In this document: one piece after another, positions 28,429 to 37,708 of the stretch
Layout: every line of letters starts with the position of its first letter
Numbering within the stretch: position 1 is the stretch's first letter
From: an uncultured Verrucomicrobiales bacterium
GTDB lineage: Bacteria > Verrucomicrobiota > Verrucomicrobiia > Verrucomicrobiales > DEV007
DNA length: 40,537 nt
NCBI GenBank assembly: GCA_938091905.1
Contig: CALKOM010000113.1
Span: 1 to 40,537, forward strand
Direction: 5' to 3'
Program-made: the position numbers and the translations under genes
Notes under the pieces: model-generated
The model's database searches: none
Seen by the model: only the letters and a program-made list of their open reading frames with translations
Told to the model about the DNA's origin: nothing

Positions 28429-29499
28429 ATGTTTATCTTCGACGCGCACTTGGACCTGAGCTTGAACGCGCTAGATTCTAACCGAGACTACACGCAAGCA
28501 CTCCGAGTAATCCGCGAGCGCGAGCGCGAGCGCGACCTAACCGATCGTAATTATCGTGGGCTAGGAACTGTGTGCCTCCCTGAAATGCGCGCGAACGGCA
28601 TTGGCCTCTGTGTGGCGCCCCTGATCGCTCGCTATGTAAAGCCCGAGAACGATCTGCCGGGTTGGCATTCTCCCGAGCAGGCCTGGGCACAGACTCAAGG
28701 GCAACTAGCATGGTATCGCGCCATGGAGGAGAGGGGCGAGCTGTCTCCCATCACCACGGCGGCGCAATTGAACGACGCCATCAAAGTGTGGACAAACAAC
28801 CCTCCAGTCGACGCGCCGATCTACTATCTACTCAGCCTGGAAGGCGCTGATTCCATGGTGACAATCGGCCATGTGGAGCAGGCTTACGCTCAGGGCTTGC
28901 GCGCGATCGGACCAGCGCACTATGGGCCCGGCACCTACGCACAAGGGACGCATGCAAGTGGCGGTCTGGGCCCCAAAGGGCCAGAGTTGCTCAAGGAAAT
29001 GGAGATGTTAGGGATGATCCTCGATGTCACCCATCTGTGTGACGATTCCTTTCGAGAGGCAATGGATGTCTTCCAAGGCAAGGTGTGGGCAAGTCATTCC
29101 AACTGCCGAGCGCTCGCGCCGAACGAGCGGCAATTGACTGACGAACAGGTGAAAGAGTTGATAGACCGAGGCGCAGTCATTGGCGCGGCGTTAGACGCGT
29201 GGATGATGGTTCCAAATTGGCGTGCGGACTCGACTCCGAAGGGAATTGATGTGACGATGGAGCATCTGGTGGATCATATTGATCACATCTGCCAGCTTGC
29301 AGGGAATTCGCTGTACTCGGGAATCGGCTCGGATCTCGACGGTGGCTTCGGGACGGAACAGACGCCGATGGATTTGAATTCGATCGCTGATTTGCAACGT
29401 CTCCCCGAGCTATTCAAGGCACGTGGTTATAGCGAGGTCGATGTAACGAATATCATGCACGGCAACTTTGTACGGTTTCTGCAGGAAGCCTTGGTGTAG
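28429..29499 (+). CDS. Membrane dipeptidase (peptidase M19)
   Basis: DAHLD, SLEGAD, LDVTH, ASHSN, HIDH, GIGSDLDG, GNF.RFL. Confidence 0.9.
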   Translation: MFIFDAHLDLSLNALDSNRDYTQALRVIRERERERDLTDRNYRGLGTVCLPEMRANGIGLCVAPLIARYVKPENDLPGWHSPEQAWAQTQGQLAWYRAMEERGELSPITTAAQLNDAIKVWTNNPPVDAPIYYLLSLEGADSMVTIGHVEQAYAQGLRAIGPAHYGPGTYAQGTHASGGLGPKGPELLKEMEMLGMILDVTHLCDDSFREAMDVFQGKVWASHSNCRALAPNERQLTDEQVKELIDRGAVIGAALDAWMMVPNWRADSTPKGIDVTMEHLVDHIDHICQLAGNSLYSGIGSDLDGGFGTEQTPMDLNSIADLQRLPELFKARGYSEVDVTNIMHGNFVRFLQEALV

Positions 29500-30568
29500 A
29501 TGATTTCATCATCACTTTGGCGACGAACGGAGACGTCATCGCGCGAAGAAGCGCGCTATAGTTGAGCCCAAACGTCACTTCGGAACCGACGGTCAAATTC
29601 TCATGATAACGGCTAGAGTCCACGATCAAATGATCGCTGCTGGCCCCAAGGATCTTGATCCCCTGGGGCGCGAGCAGCCCGTAGTGATCGGTGTCTTGGT
29701 GGCCGATTGCAAAGATGGTCTTGCGAATATCGCCACGGTCAATCGAGGGAAGCGGCTCACCAAACGCGGCCTGAGCAATCTCACCCCAAGGATGCGATGG
29801 TTTGACCTTCGTTTCGATGACTTCGGCGACGAGTGTGATGCCGTCAGTGTGCAGCCCATCAATCGCCTGGCACTGGAGAGGCTCGCGACCAAGCAGTATG
29901 GATTCCCCCAAACGAAGATTGTTGATCCGTCCGGTGTCTGTACCGCTGAGCGCCCACTGGATATTGGCAGAGTTGCCTCCCGAAACGATGTCAAGCATTG
30001 TGCCACACGAGGCTTCAATTGAATCTGCAAGCGAGGACAGGACTGCCATATTGTTGGTGTCCGGGGACACGCCGCTGCGACAGGCAAGGTTGGTTCCGAT
30101 GCCCTTGAGAGCGATGTTTGGGAGATGCAGGACCTGCCGCGCGGCCGCCTCAAGATCATTGGGCATGATGCCCTCACGAAGATCACCAAGCTCGACCATG
30201 AGGATGAGTCCATGCGTCCGCCCTGCCCTGTCGGCTGCTAACGATAGCGCGCTGATGGTGTCGAGTTCAGTATTGAAGCTCACGTCCGCGTGCGCGACGA
30301 CGCGATCCACTTGGCTCAGCACCGGCGAGCGAATTAGTGTCCTTGAAGCCGGGACACCTCCACGACACATCGATTCGAGGTTCTCAATGCGAGAGCCTGC
30401 GAGCGACTCAACGCCGGCCCGAAGCAAGACCTTGCCAATCTCCGGTGCGCCAAGAGCCGCTTTCGTGACACCAGTCACAGAGATGCTATCAACGGCCAGT
30501 CGCTGGACTAGCGTCAGGGCATTGTGATGGAGCTTTTCGAGGTCGATCAGTAAGCGCGGCGCGCTCAC
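29453..30568 (-). CDS. Alanine/ornithine racemase-family PLP enzyme
   Basis: GTG start overlapping the upstream TAG; PRLLIDL.K, GVTK (PLP Lys), ELGDLREG, GTNLAC, VSGGNS, LRLGESILLG, ASSDH, MTSPFV. Confidence 0.85.
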   Translation of the reverse strand: MSAPRLLIDLEKLHHNALTLVQRLAVDSISVTGVTKAALGAPEIGKVLLRAGVESLAGSRIENLESMCRGGVPASRTLIRSPVLSQVDRVVAHADVSFNTELDTISALSLAADRAGRTHGLILMVELGDLREGIMPNDLEAAARQVLHLPNIALKGIGTNLACRSGVSPDTNNMAVLSSLADSIEASCGTMLDIVSGGNSANIQWALSGTDTGRINNLRLGESILLGREPLQCQAIDGLHTDGITLVAEVIETKVKPSHPWGEIAQAAFGEPLPSIDRGDIRKTIFAIGHQDTDHYGLLAPQGIKILGASSDHLIVDSSRYHENLTVGSEVTFGLNYSALLRAMTSPFVAKVMMKSSTPRLPAETVQSCRA

Positions 30569-31608
30569 TAGGCGATGGCCGCCAGCTTCCCATTGAGCGC
30601 TGGGAATGCCGCAAGGACCATCTCCACGAGATGCTCCGGTGAACATGTCAGAGCATCCGTCGCAGGAATGCCCAGTTCGCCCTCATACTTGGTGATGGCG
30701 GAGCTGACTTCAATATCCGTCATGTTCTCATGGTTGATCGTTAGTCCGATGACCTTGGTCTTAGCGAAGGTCTGAATCAGATTGATCTCAGCGGCGGGCG
30801 TTGGCATGTCCACCGTTCCGAAGTCGCCGAGATGACTGCGGCCCGGGGCGTGCTGTAGCACCACACCATCGGGCCGACTGCCCCTCAGAATGAAGGTTGA
30901 GGTCAAATAGGCTGGGGGACTCAGGGCACCTTGCCCTTCGACGATGATCACGTCAGGCTTCTCGGCTTCGAAAGCTTCAACGACCGTCGATTCCATTTCA
31001 CCGGAGCAGAACTGGGAAGGAATCGCATCAAGCGCGATCCCGTAGCGCGCGCCTTGAATCAGGCCCGTCTGACCTGTGCCTACCATGACTGCTTTTACCC
31101 CGTGCTCATTGAGCGCACGTGTTAGAATAGTCGAGGTCGTACGTTTTCCAATGGCGCCGTCAGTGCCTAACACGGCAATCACCGGACAAGTGACTTCGTC
31201 AATGCGCCCAGTGAACATCCGAAGATCCTTCTTGGCTCTAGGCCTCCGAACATCAAGGATATCGACCTGCATTCTGGCACTTGCTGCTGCGAATTCAGGG
31301 TCATCATTCAAGAATTCATGGAGGCCATTCACAATGTTCATCCCGAGACCAATCGCCTCAAGGACCAGGCTGCGTTCCTTCTTCGATAGGATGCCGCTCG
31401 ACGGAGCCATCCCGAAGATGAAGTAGTCCGGCGTGTCGCTTCCTGCGAGTTTCAGAGCTTCTGCTAGATCACGACAAACTGGAATTCCGTTCGGGACGTC
31501 ATCGAGCACCACACCCGCATCAAGACCAGCTTTCTCGCTGTCGATGACGGGAAGAATCTCATACTTTTCGGAGTGGCGGACCAGTCCATTGGCAGTCTTG
31601 CCGTCCAT
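30568..31608 (-). CDS. DUF1611 family P-loop protein (DgcN-like); 5' end possibly damaged
   Basis: GKTANGL, NGLH, GTDGAIGKRTT, TGQTG, VEGQG, LQHAPGR; homologous-looking TAIVYCEANF lies upstream of the first ATG. Confidence 0.85.
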   Translation of the reverse strand: MDGKTANGLVRHSEKYEILPVIDSEKAGLDAGVVLDDVPNGIPVCRDLAEALKLAGSDTPDYFIFGMAPSSGILSKKERSLVLEAIGLGMNIVNGLHEFLNDDPEFAAASARMQVDILDVRRPRAKKDLRMFTGRIDEVTCPVIAVLGTDGAIGKRTTSTILTRALNEHGVKAVMVGTGQTGLIQGARYGIALDAIPSQFCSGEMESTVVEAFEAEKPDVIIVEGQGALSPPAYLTSTFILRGSRPDGVVLQHAPGRSHLGDFGTVDMPTPAAEINLIQTFAKTKVIGLTINHENMTDIEVSSAITKYEGELGIPATDALTCSPEHLVEMVLAAFPALNGKLAAIA

Positions 31609-32042
31609 CTTGGCGAAATTTGCTTCGCAATAGACGATTGCGGTGGTGCCTGGGTCATTTGTGCTTGAACGTTCTTTGAATTACTGGCGCCACGTAGGGC
31701 CGACGATGCAGGGAAAAGGGATCCTTTAGAAATATTGGCTCCTTGAGTAAACTCAGAGGAGGCGACGGAATCGTGCGGGACCAGGATTGGCTCAGAATTC
31801 AACTAGCCGTCCCCACTAAGGTATGCTTGGGAAGACAACATAGCATGGGCCCAGCCCGAATATCGAATTAACTTCAACTATTTCGCCAACGGTGTCATTT
31901 CACATTCGAGAGAGTCTGCGAGATGCTTTGAACGCCTAAAGGAACAGTCCACCAAGACTGGTTATGTGGAGTATCATAAGAAGCTGCTCTCTCGATAGTT
32001 CGATGTCCCCACAATCCAACCGCTCCCCAACTTCCAAATAGG

Positions 32043-33497
32043 CTAACCCAGCGAAGGCCGACGTTGATGCCACTCCGTCGACTGCTCAAAGTTATGTCCT
32101 AACTTGAGAACCTTACCTTCATCAAAGGGCGCCCCGAGGATCTGGAGGCCAATCGGCAACTCGCGTTGGCCATCGCTCGGCGTCATGTAACCGCATGGCA
32201 AGCTCAAGCCACAGATCCCTGCAAGGTTGGCACTGATCGTGTAAATGTCAGCCAAGTACATGGCCAAGGGATCCGAGGCGTTCTCGCCGATCTTAAAGGG
32301 GGCGATTGGGCTTACGGGTCCAATAATAGCATCCACGGTCTCAAAGGCTGACGTGAAATCTTGCCGGATGAGCGTCCGTAACTTCTGCGCACGAAGGTAG
32401 TAGGCATCATAATAGCCCGAACTGAGCACGTAGGTTCCTAGCAAGATCCGAAGTTTCACCTCGTTCCCAAATCCTTGAGCCCGACTCTTGGCATACTGTT
32501 CGCCCAGATTCTCAGCATCTGGAGCGCGATAGCCATAACGCACGCCGTCAAAGCGAGCCAGATTGGCCGAAGCTTCTGCCGTAGCGATGATATAATAGAC
32601 AGCCACGGCTTGCTCCGTGTGAGGCAAAGACACTTCCACGATCTCAGCGCCTAGGCTCTCAAATTGCTTGGCTGCTTCTTCCACCGAAGCCCGAATCGCC
32701 GGATCGATCCCTTCTCCAAAGAACTCCTTCGGCATCCCCAACTTCATGCCTTTGATATCACCTTGGAGATCGGCAACATAGTCTGGAACAGATTCATCAA
32801 GACAGGTGCTATCATTCTTATCGCCGCCAGAAATGGCCCCTAACAGGATCGCCGCGTCTTCTACCGTCTTTGTCAACGGTCCAATCTGATCAAGCGACGA
32901 CGCGAATGCTGTCAGACCAAAGCGAGACACTCGGCCATAGGTTGGCTTGAGCCCCACACAGCCACAGAAAGCCGCAGGCTGTCGAATGGAACCACCCGTA
33001 TCTGATCCCAAAGCCGCGATGGCTTCATCAGCGGCCACGATGGCTGCCGAACCGCCACTTGACCCTCCTGGAATCCTCTCCAGGTCCCACGGATTGTGTA
33101 CTGGCTTGATAGATGAGTTTTCGTTCGACGACCCCATGGCAAACTCGTCCATGTTCGCCCGGCCAAAGGGTACACCGCCCGAGGCCCTGAGCTTAGCGAT
33201 GCTCGTCGCATCGTAAGGCGCGATGTAATTCGAAAGAATCTTGGAAGCGCAACCGCAAGGCTGGCCTTTAACGTTGAGCAGGTCTTTGATCCCGATAGGA
33301 ATTCCCGCTAACACACCACCGGAAATTTCCTCCGCATCTCGATGCGCGAGTTCCTGATCGAGCCCTAGATACCCCCCGATAGCGCCATCACGAACCGCCG
33401 CGGCTTCGGCGACACTATCAATAATTTCTTTCGGCTGAATCTCTTTCTTCTGCAGGAGCGTTTGGAGCCCCTTGATCGTTTGGCTAGCTAAACTCAT
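32043..33497 (-). CDS. gatA: Glu/Asp-tRNA amidotransferase subunit A
   Basis: GIKD, NMDEFAMGSS, PGGSSGGS, GSDTGGSIRQPA, NLARFDGVRYG, GYYDAYY. Confidence 0.97.
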   Translation of the reverse strand: MSLASQTIKGLQTLLQKKEIQPKEIIDSVAEAAAVRDGAIGGYLGLDQELAHRDAEEISGGVLAGIPIGIKDLLNVKGQPCGCASKILSNYIAPYDATSIAKLRASGGVPFGRANMDEFAMGSSNENSSIKPVHNPWDLERIPGGSSGGSAAIVAADEAIAALGSDTGGSIRQPAAFCGCVGLKPTYGRVSRFGLTAFASSLDQIGPLTKTVEDAAILLGAISGGDKNDSTCLDESVPDYVADLQGDIKGMKLGMPKEFFGEGIDPAIRASVEEAAKQFESLGAEIVEVSLPHTEQAVAVYYIIATAEASANLARFDGVRYGYRAPDAENLGEQYAKSRAQGFGNEVKLRILLGTYVLSSGYYDAYYLRAQKLRTLIRQDFTSAFETVDAIIGPVSPIAPFKIGENASDPLAMYLADIYTISANLAGICGLSLPCGYMTPSDGQRELPIGLQILGAPFDEGKVLKLGHNFEQSTEWHQRRPSLG

Positions 33498-33509
33498 GAT
33501 TCCATTCCT

Positions 33510-33803
33510 CTATTCAACAACCTTAGGCACCACGAACTGATCATTAGCCGACTTTGGAGCATTGCGCAGCGCCTCCTCAACGGGCAAACTCGGACAAACT
33601 TCGTCAGGCCTCGTGACATTGAGCACAGGGTTTGCATGAGCCGTTGGTTCGATGCCACTGACATCAATCGCATCCAGCTTTTCCATGTAACTCAAGATGC
33701 CCTGAAGCTGCGGCTCAAACATGGCCACGTCCTCCTCAGACAACTCTAGCCGGGCCAAATTGGCCACATAACTCAGGTCAAATGCAGGTCCTTGCTCACT
33801 CAT
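33510..33803 (-). CDS. gatC: Glu/Asp-tRNA amidotransferase subunit C
   Basis: VANLARL, EPTAH, NAP....FVVPKV; immediately upstream of gatA. Confidence 0.95.
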   Translation of the reverse strand: MSEQGPAFDLSYVANLARLELSEEDVAMFEPQLQGILSYMEKLDAIDVSGIEPTAHANPVLNVTRPDEVCPSLPVEEALRNAPKSANDQFVVPKVVE

Positions 33804-33863
33804 CGCGGCCTGTTTAACACGCCTTCAAGGGTCTCGCCATCGGGAATTCGTAGGAATCGAACC

Positions 33864-36800
33864 CTACTCCGGCATCGGCACGGTCACCGCTCCCGCGCTC
33901 TGGGCCAGCTTGTAGCGAATCGCCTTGCCATCCGGCCAGACGACGTCCAAGGCCACCGCCTTGGCCTTCTGCCCGCAGCCGAAGAAGACGGCCGCCGTGG
34001 ATTGCGAAAGATAGCCTCCCCCAGCTTGCATTTCTGCTAGTTGAGCTGGATTGGCCGCCTCATCGGCGAAGCGTAACCTCACCCTCGCACCAACACAGGT
34101 CGGATTGCCTGGCGGCCCTTTCAGTTGAACCTTGATGAAGCGGTTCTTGGTCATCTGACGCGCCCGATTGTCATAAGCTTCCATGATGCCGTTATTCACC
34201 GACACGAGCAGATCCGGGCAATTGTCCTGATTGAAATCAACCAAGCTCGCTCCGGCAGCATCTCCTCTCACACTGATTCCAGACTCTCGCGGTCCTGTAG
34301 CAGCGAATTGCCCATTGGCCTCACCGCGCAACCACATGCTCAGTCCACCATCCATGCGTCCCGTCTCCACTTGAGGTCCGTAGAAATTCTGGGCCATGAA
34401 GGCATCGTTCACACCGTCACCATCGAAATCTACAACGACAGCACCAAATCCAGGCGCGACTTGAGACGCCCTAGGCAGAGGCTGAAAAATGAATCTAGGC
34501 ACACCTGTCTTCTTGTCCACGCCTTGATTGATGAACCAACCAGACTCTAGCGTATTTGCCTCCATGCGCAGCGCGGAATCTAGCTTTGGCGTAGAATAGA
34601 GTTCTTGGAGAGAGGCCATTCCAAAGTTGTGAAAGGTGCCCATCTTCTCCCGCACGAAAGGCATGGCATGACTTGAACAACTCAACCCTCGGCGTGGCAC
34701 CCAAAGACCCTTCTCGTTCTTGGCCTCGACTAAATGGGGGTTCCCCGTGTTATCGAAGTCACCATAGTAAAGTCGCTCTGGTTTCTCCTTGGAAGCTTTG
34801 TACTTCGTGTTCAGACCAAAGTTTGTCGCCAGATAATCAAGGTCGCCGTCTCCATCCACATCGCCCGAGGCGATCCCGTTCCACCAGCCTAACCGATCCG
34901 CCAAGCCTGATTCTTTCGTCTTCTCGACAAGCTGCCCCTGCTGGTTCTGATAATATTTTACCGGCCCCCATTCGTGCGTCACAAGGAGATCGAGCCACCC
35001 ATCCGCATTCGCGTCGGACCAAACCGCCCCTGTCACAAGGCCGGTGCTAGATAAATTCGGGGCACGCGAAGTCGTCTCGTCGACGAATTTGGGCTGCCCT
35101 TCCACACTCTGATTCACTAGCAAACGGCTCGCTGGTGTCTCCGGGTACTTTCCAGGAATCACGCGCCCTCCAACAAAGAGGTCCAGATCACCATCGCGAT
35201 CGATATCGCCAGCCACAACCACTCCACCACTATCCGCGAGCTTGGGAAGCGCCCCAATCGACTTGGCAAAATTCCCCTTCCCGCCGTTCACATAAAGTCG
35301 ATCCTGAAAACAGGCGTCTCCGGGCTCACCCTCCACGCCACCACTCACCACGTAGAGATCCTGGTCTCCATCGCGATCGGCATCGAAGAAGAGTGCTCCC
35401 AGATCCTCATAAATCTCTTCTCCTTGAAACGGAGCCATCGATTGCACCGTCATCCTCCCACCACCGGCGTTTGTGTAGATTGCCCGCCTGCCACCCCGAC
35501 TGCGACCGAGGTAGAAATCATCATCGCCATCACCGTCGATATCGCCTATCGCCATGCCAGGCCCCAACTGAGAATGCTTGTTTGGCAAGAGTGGTTGTCT
35601 TGCAAAGTCGTCGTAGTCTTTCTCCAGGTGTTTCAACGCCGGCATTGAACTCATCGTGGCAAAGAGTGGATTGGGAGGCTCCGGCGCTTCCGGTTTGGCA
35701 TTTGAGTCTTGTACCACGTGATGGATCTTGCCCGCCGCGAGATCCTTCAACACTTGCCGCCCACCACCAGGCCAGTGAATGGCAATTTCGTCTGCGACGC
35801 TAGCCTCGCCGAGCCCAAGGTGGAGATACGAATCGTTGTTCGAGAGAAAGCCAGTTGTGGGCATCAATGCCAGCGCCTGCTTTCGCGGGCCGACGCGAGC
35901 CTCCACACGCGCGCCCAATCCATGGCGATTCTTATTGGCTCCTTGCAAGCGTAGTTGAAGAGAATTACCCCTGCTGTGGTTCTGATAGATCGCAATTGGC
36001 TGATTCAGATCGGCCACCAGCAAATCGAGATCACCATCGTTGTCTAGATCCCCATGGGCACAGGCGTAGCTCATCGTTGGACTGCTGAACCCCCAGTTCG
36101 CACTCACGTTCTTAAACTTCAGATCACCCTGATTTTGAAACGCCAGGTTTTCCTCATGCCGTTCGTCAAAACTCTCCCAGAGATCCCACTCGGTCTTCCC
36201 AACCCGATCTCCCGTCTTCGTACTGAAGTCAGAATGATTAAACATACGTGCCGATCCATTAGTGAAGAAGGCATCGACCCGCCCATCATTGTCATAGTCC
36301 GCGAGCTTCACAGCCCAAGTCCAGTCCGTGTTCGCCAGCCCCGTGAGATAAGCAGCTTCCATGAATCGAGGCGTCCCTGTATTCACATACACCGCATTCC
36401 GCATGTACTGTTGAGGATCGGCGAGTCGCAGAAAGTCGGCGTTGTTCGACATCTCTCCCATAGACACCTTCGAGCGATAATGGGTCGTGCCAGCCATATC
36501 CGTGACGATCAAATCTAACAAACCATCGTTATTGAGGTCGCCAACATCGCTTCCCATCGAGAACCAAGCCGTATGAGGCACCACATCTTTCACCACATCC
36601 TTAAACGTCCCGTCCCCGTTGTTGCGAAAGAACTGATCGGCCACTTTAAAATCGTTCGCGATGTAAAGATCCAAATCACCATCCGCATCCGAGTCGAACC
36701 ATGTCGCTGAGTTTCCAACACCGATGCCAGTAATTCCCGCCTTCGCACTCACATTGGTAAACTTGCCGCCATCATTCCGCATGAGATAGTCAGGGCGTCC

Positions 36801-37607
36801 CGCACTACCAAACTTTGGCTTTCCAAACTCATCCTTCGTCATGGCATAGTATTTCTCTGAGCCCGGTCTCACCTCATACTTGCCATTCCGTTTCTGAACC
36901 AGGAACCCTTGATCGTCGGCGACTAGCACTTCCCCCGAGGCGTCTGCCACCCGTTTCGGCCGTCCCTTGGGATCGCGATACTGGTACCCCAAGACAAAGA
37001 GATCCAGGTCGCCGTCGTTGTCATAATCACAGAAAGACGGCATGAAGCTGGCATCCTTGATGGCCAAGCCAAGTGGCCCTGCAGATTCTGTAAAGATCGG
37101 CTCACCTGGAACTTGAGTATCATTTAGATAGAGTTGATTTGGCGCATCAAAGTGGCAGATGTAAAGATCGAGATCACCATCGGCATCGATGTCTGCGAGA
37201 GCCGCACCTGCAGCCCAAAGATCACCTCCATCTAGTCCGGGCACCTTTGAGGTGGCATCGGCAAAGCGTAGTGAAGTCCCTTTCTTCTGCAAATAGAGCG
37301 TGTTTTTACCAGAACCTCCGGCAGCAAAAATGTCTTGTAAACCATCGCCGTCGACATCGCCAATTGCCAATCCACCACATGCGTATCCTCCCACATACAC
37401 ATACTTGTAAGGATGCTTCGTATCGATCCCGTTCACATGTTTCAGGCCGGTCTGATCGGCTGTTAGCTTCTCGAAAAGCGTCGTTCCGTTGGATTGAGAC
37501 CGAGGGGCCAGTGGAAAAGAGGTCACTTTCGCATCAAGACGTAGCGAAAGAAGAAGCAGAACGAGAAGAAGATGATTCAAAGATGATCGGGGAGTAAACA
37601 TCGGCAT
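33864..37607 (-). CDS. Large exported FG-GAP/CRTAC1 protein with two ASPIC/UnbV domains
   Basis: Signal peptide; many DxDxDGDxD repeats; two GARV...(S)..(H/F)(L/F)G.G...WP.G blocks; no internal stop. Confidence 0.85.
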   Translation of the reverse strand: MPMFTPRSSLNHLLLVLLLLSLRLDAKVTSFPLAPRSQSNGTTLFEKLTADQTGLKHVNGIDTKHPYKYVYVGGYACGGLAIGDVDGDGLQDIFAAGGSGKNTLYLQKKGTSLRFADATSKVPGLDGGDLWAAGAALADIDADGDLDLYICHFDAPNQLYLNDTQVPGEPIFTESAGPLGLAIKDASFMPSFCDYDNDGDLDLFVLGYQYRDPKGRPKRVADASGEVLVADDQGFLVQKRNGKYEVRPGSEKYYAMTKDEFGKPKFGSAGRPDYLMRNDGGKFTNVSAKAGITGIGVGNSATWFDSDADGDLDLYIANDFKVADQFFRNNGDGTFKDVVKDVVPHTAWFSMGSDVGDLNNDGLLDLIVTDMAGTTHYRSKVSMGEMSNNADFLRLADPQQYMRNAVYVNTGTPRFMEAAYLTGLANTDWTWAVKLADYDNDGRVDAFFTNGSARMFNHSDFSTKTGDRVGKTEWDLWESFDERHEENLAFQNQGDLKFKNVSANWGFSSPTMSYACAHGDLDNDGDLDLLVADLNQPIAIYQNHSRGNSLQLRLQGANKNRHGLGARVEARVGPRKQALALMPTTGFLSNNDSYLHLGLGEASVADEIAIHWPGGGRQVLKDLAAGKIHHVVQDSNAKPEAPEPPNPLFATMSSMPALKHLEKDYDDFARQPLLPNKHSQLGPGMAIGDIDGDGDDDFYLGRSRGGRRAIYTNAGGGRMTVQSMAPFQGEEIYEDLGALFFDADRDGDQDLYVVSGGVEGEPGDACFQDRLYVNGGKGNFAKSIGALPKLADSGGVVVAGDIDRDGDLDLFVGGRVIPGKYPETPASRLLVNQSVEGQPKFVDETTSRAPNLSSTGLVTGAVWSDANADGWLDLLVTHEWGPVKYYQNQQGQLVEKTKESGLADRLGWWNGIASGDVDGDGDLDYLATNFGLNTKYKASKEKPERLYYGDFDNTGNPHLVEAKNEKGLWVPRRGLSCSSHAMPFVREKMGTFHNFGMASLQELYSTPKLDSALRMEANTLESGWFINQGVDKKTGVPRFIFQPLPRASQVAPGFGAVVVDFDGDGVNDAFMAQNFYGPQVETGRMDGGLSMWLRGEANGQFAATGPRESGISVRGDAAGASLVDFNQDNCPDLLVSVNNGIMEAYDNRARQMTKNRFIKVQLKGPPGNPTCVGARVRLRFADEAANPAQLAEMQAGGGYLSQSTAAVFFGCGQKAKAVALDVVWPDGKAIRYKLAQSAGAVTVPMPE

Positions 37608-37708
37608 CTAACCATGCGTAGGAGAACTGATCGATTCAAGGAAAAGCCTTGCCACAAACAGTCCACTTGGAGGACCCTCGGCGCCGCTGTGTCTTCTGTC
37701 CCCTTTTC

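Noticed and set aside
28513..28535. (CGCGAG)n hexamer repeat encoding RERERER as a phase-variation tract
   Set aside because: Under four units and in-frame, so it cannot switch the frame.
33864..37607. Second CRTAC1/ASPIC-UnbV protein as a selenoprotein
   Set aside because: Continuous ORF with no internal TGA, no DDL-x-FFWRQ motif and no redoxin domain.
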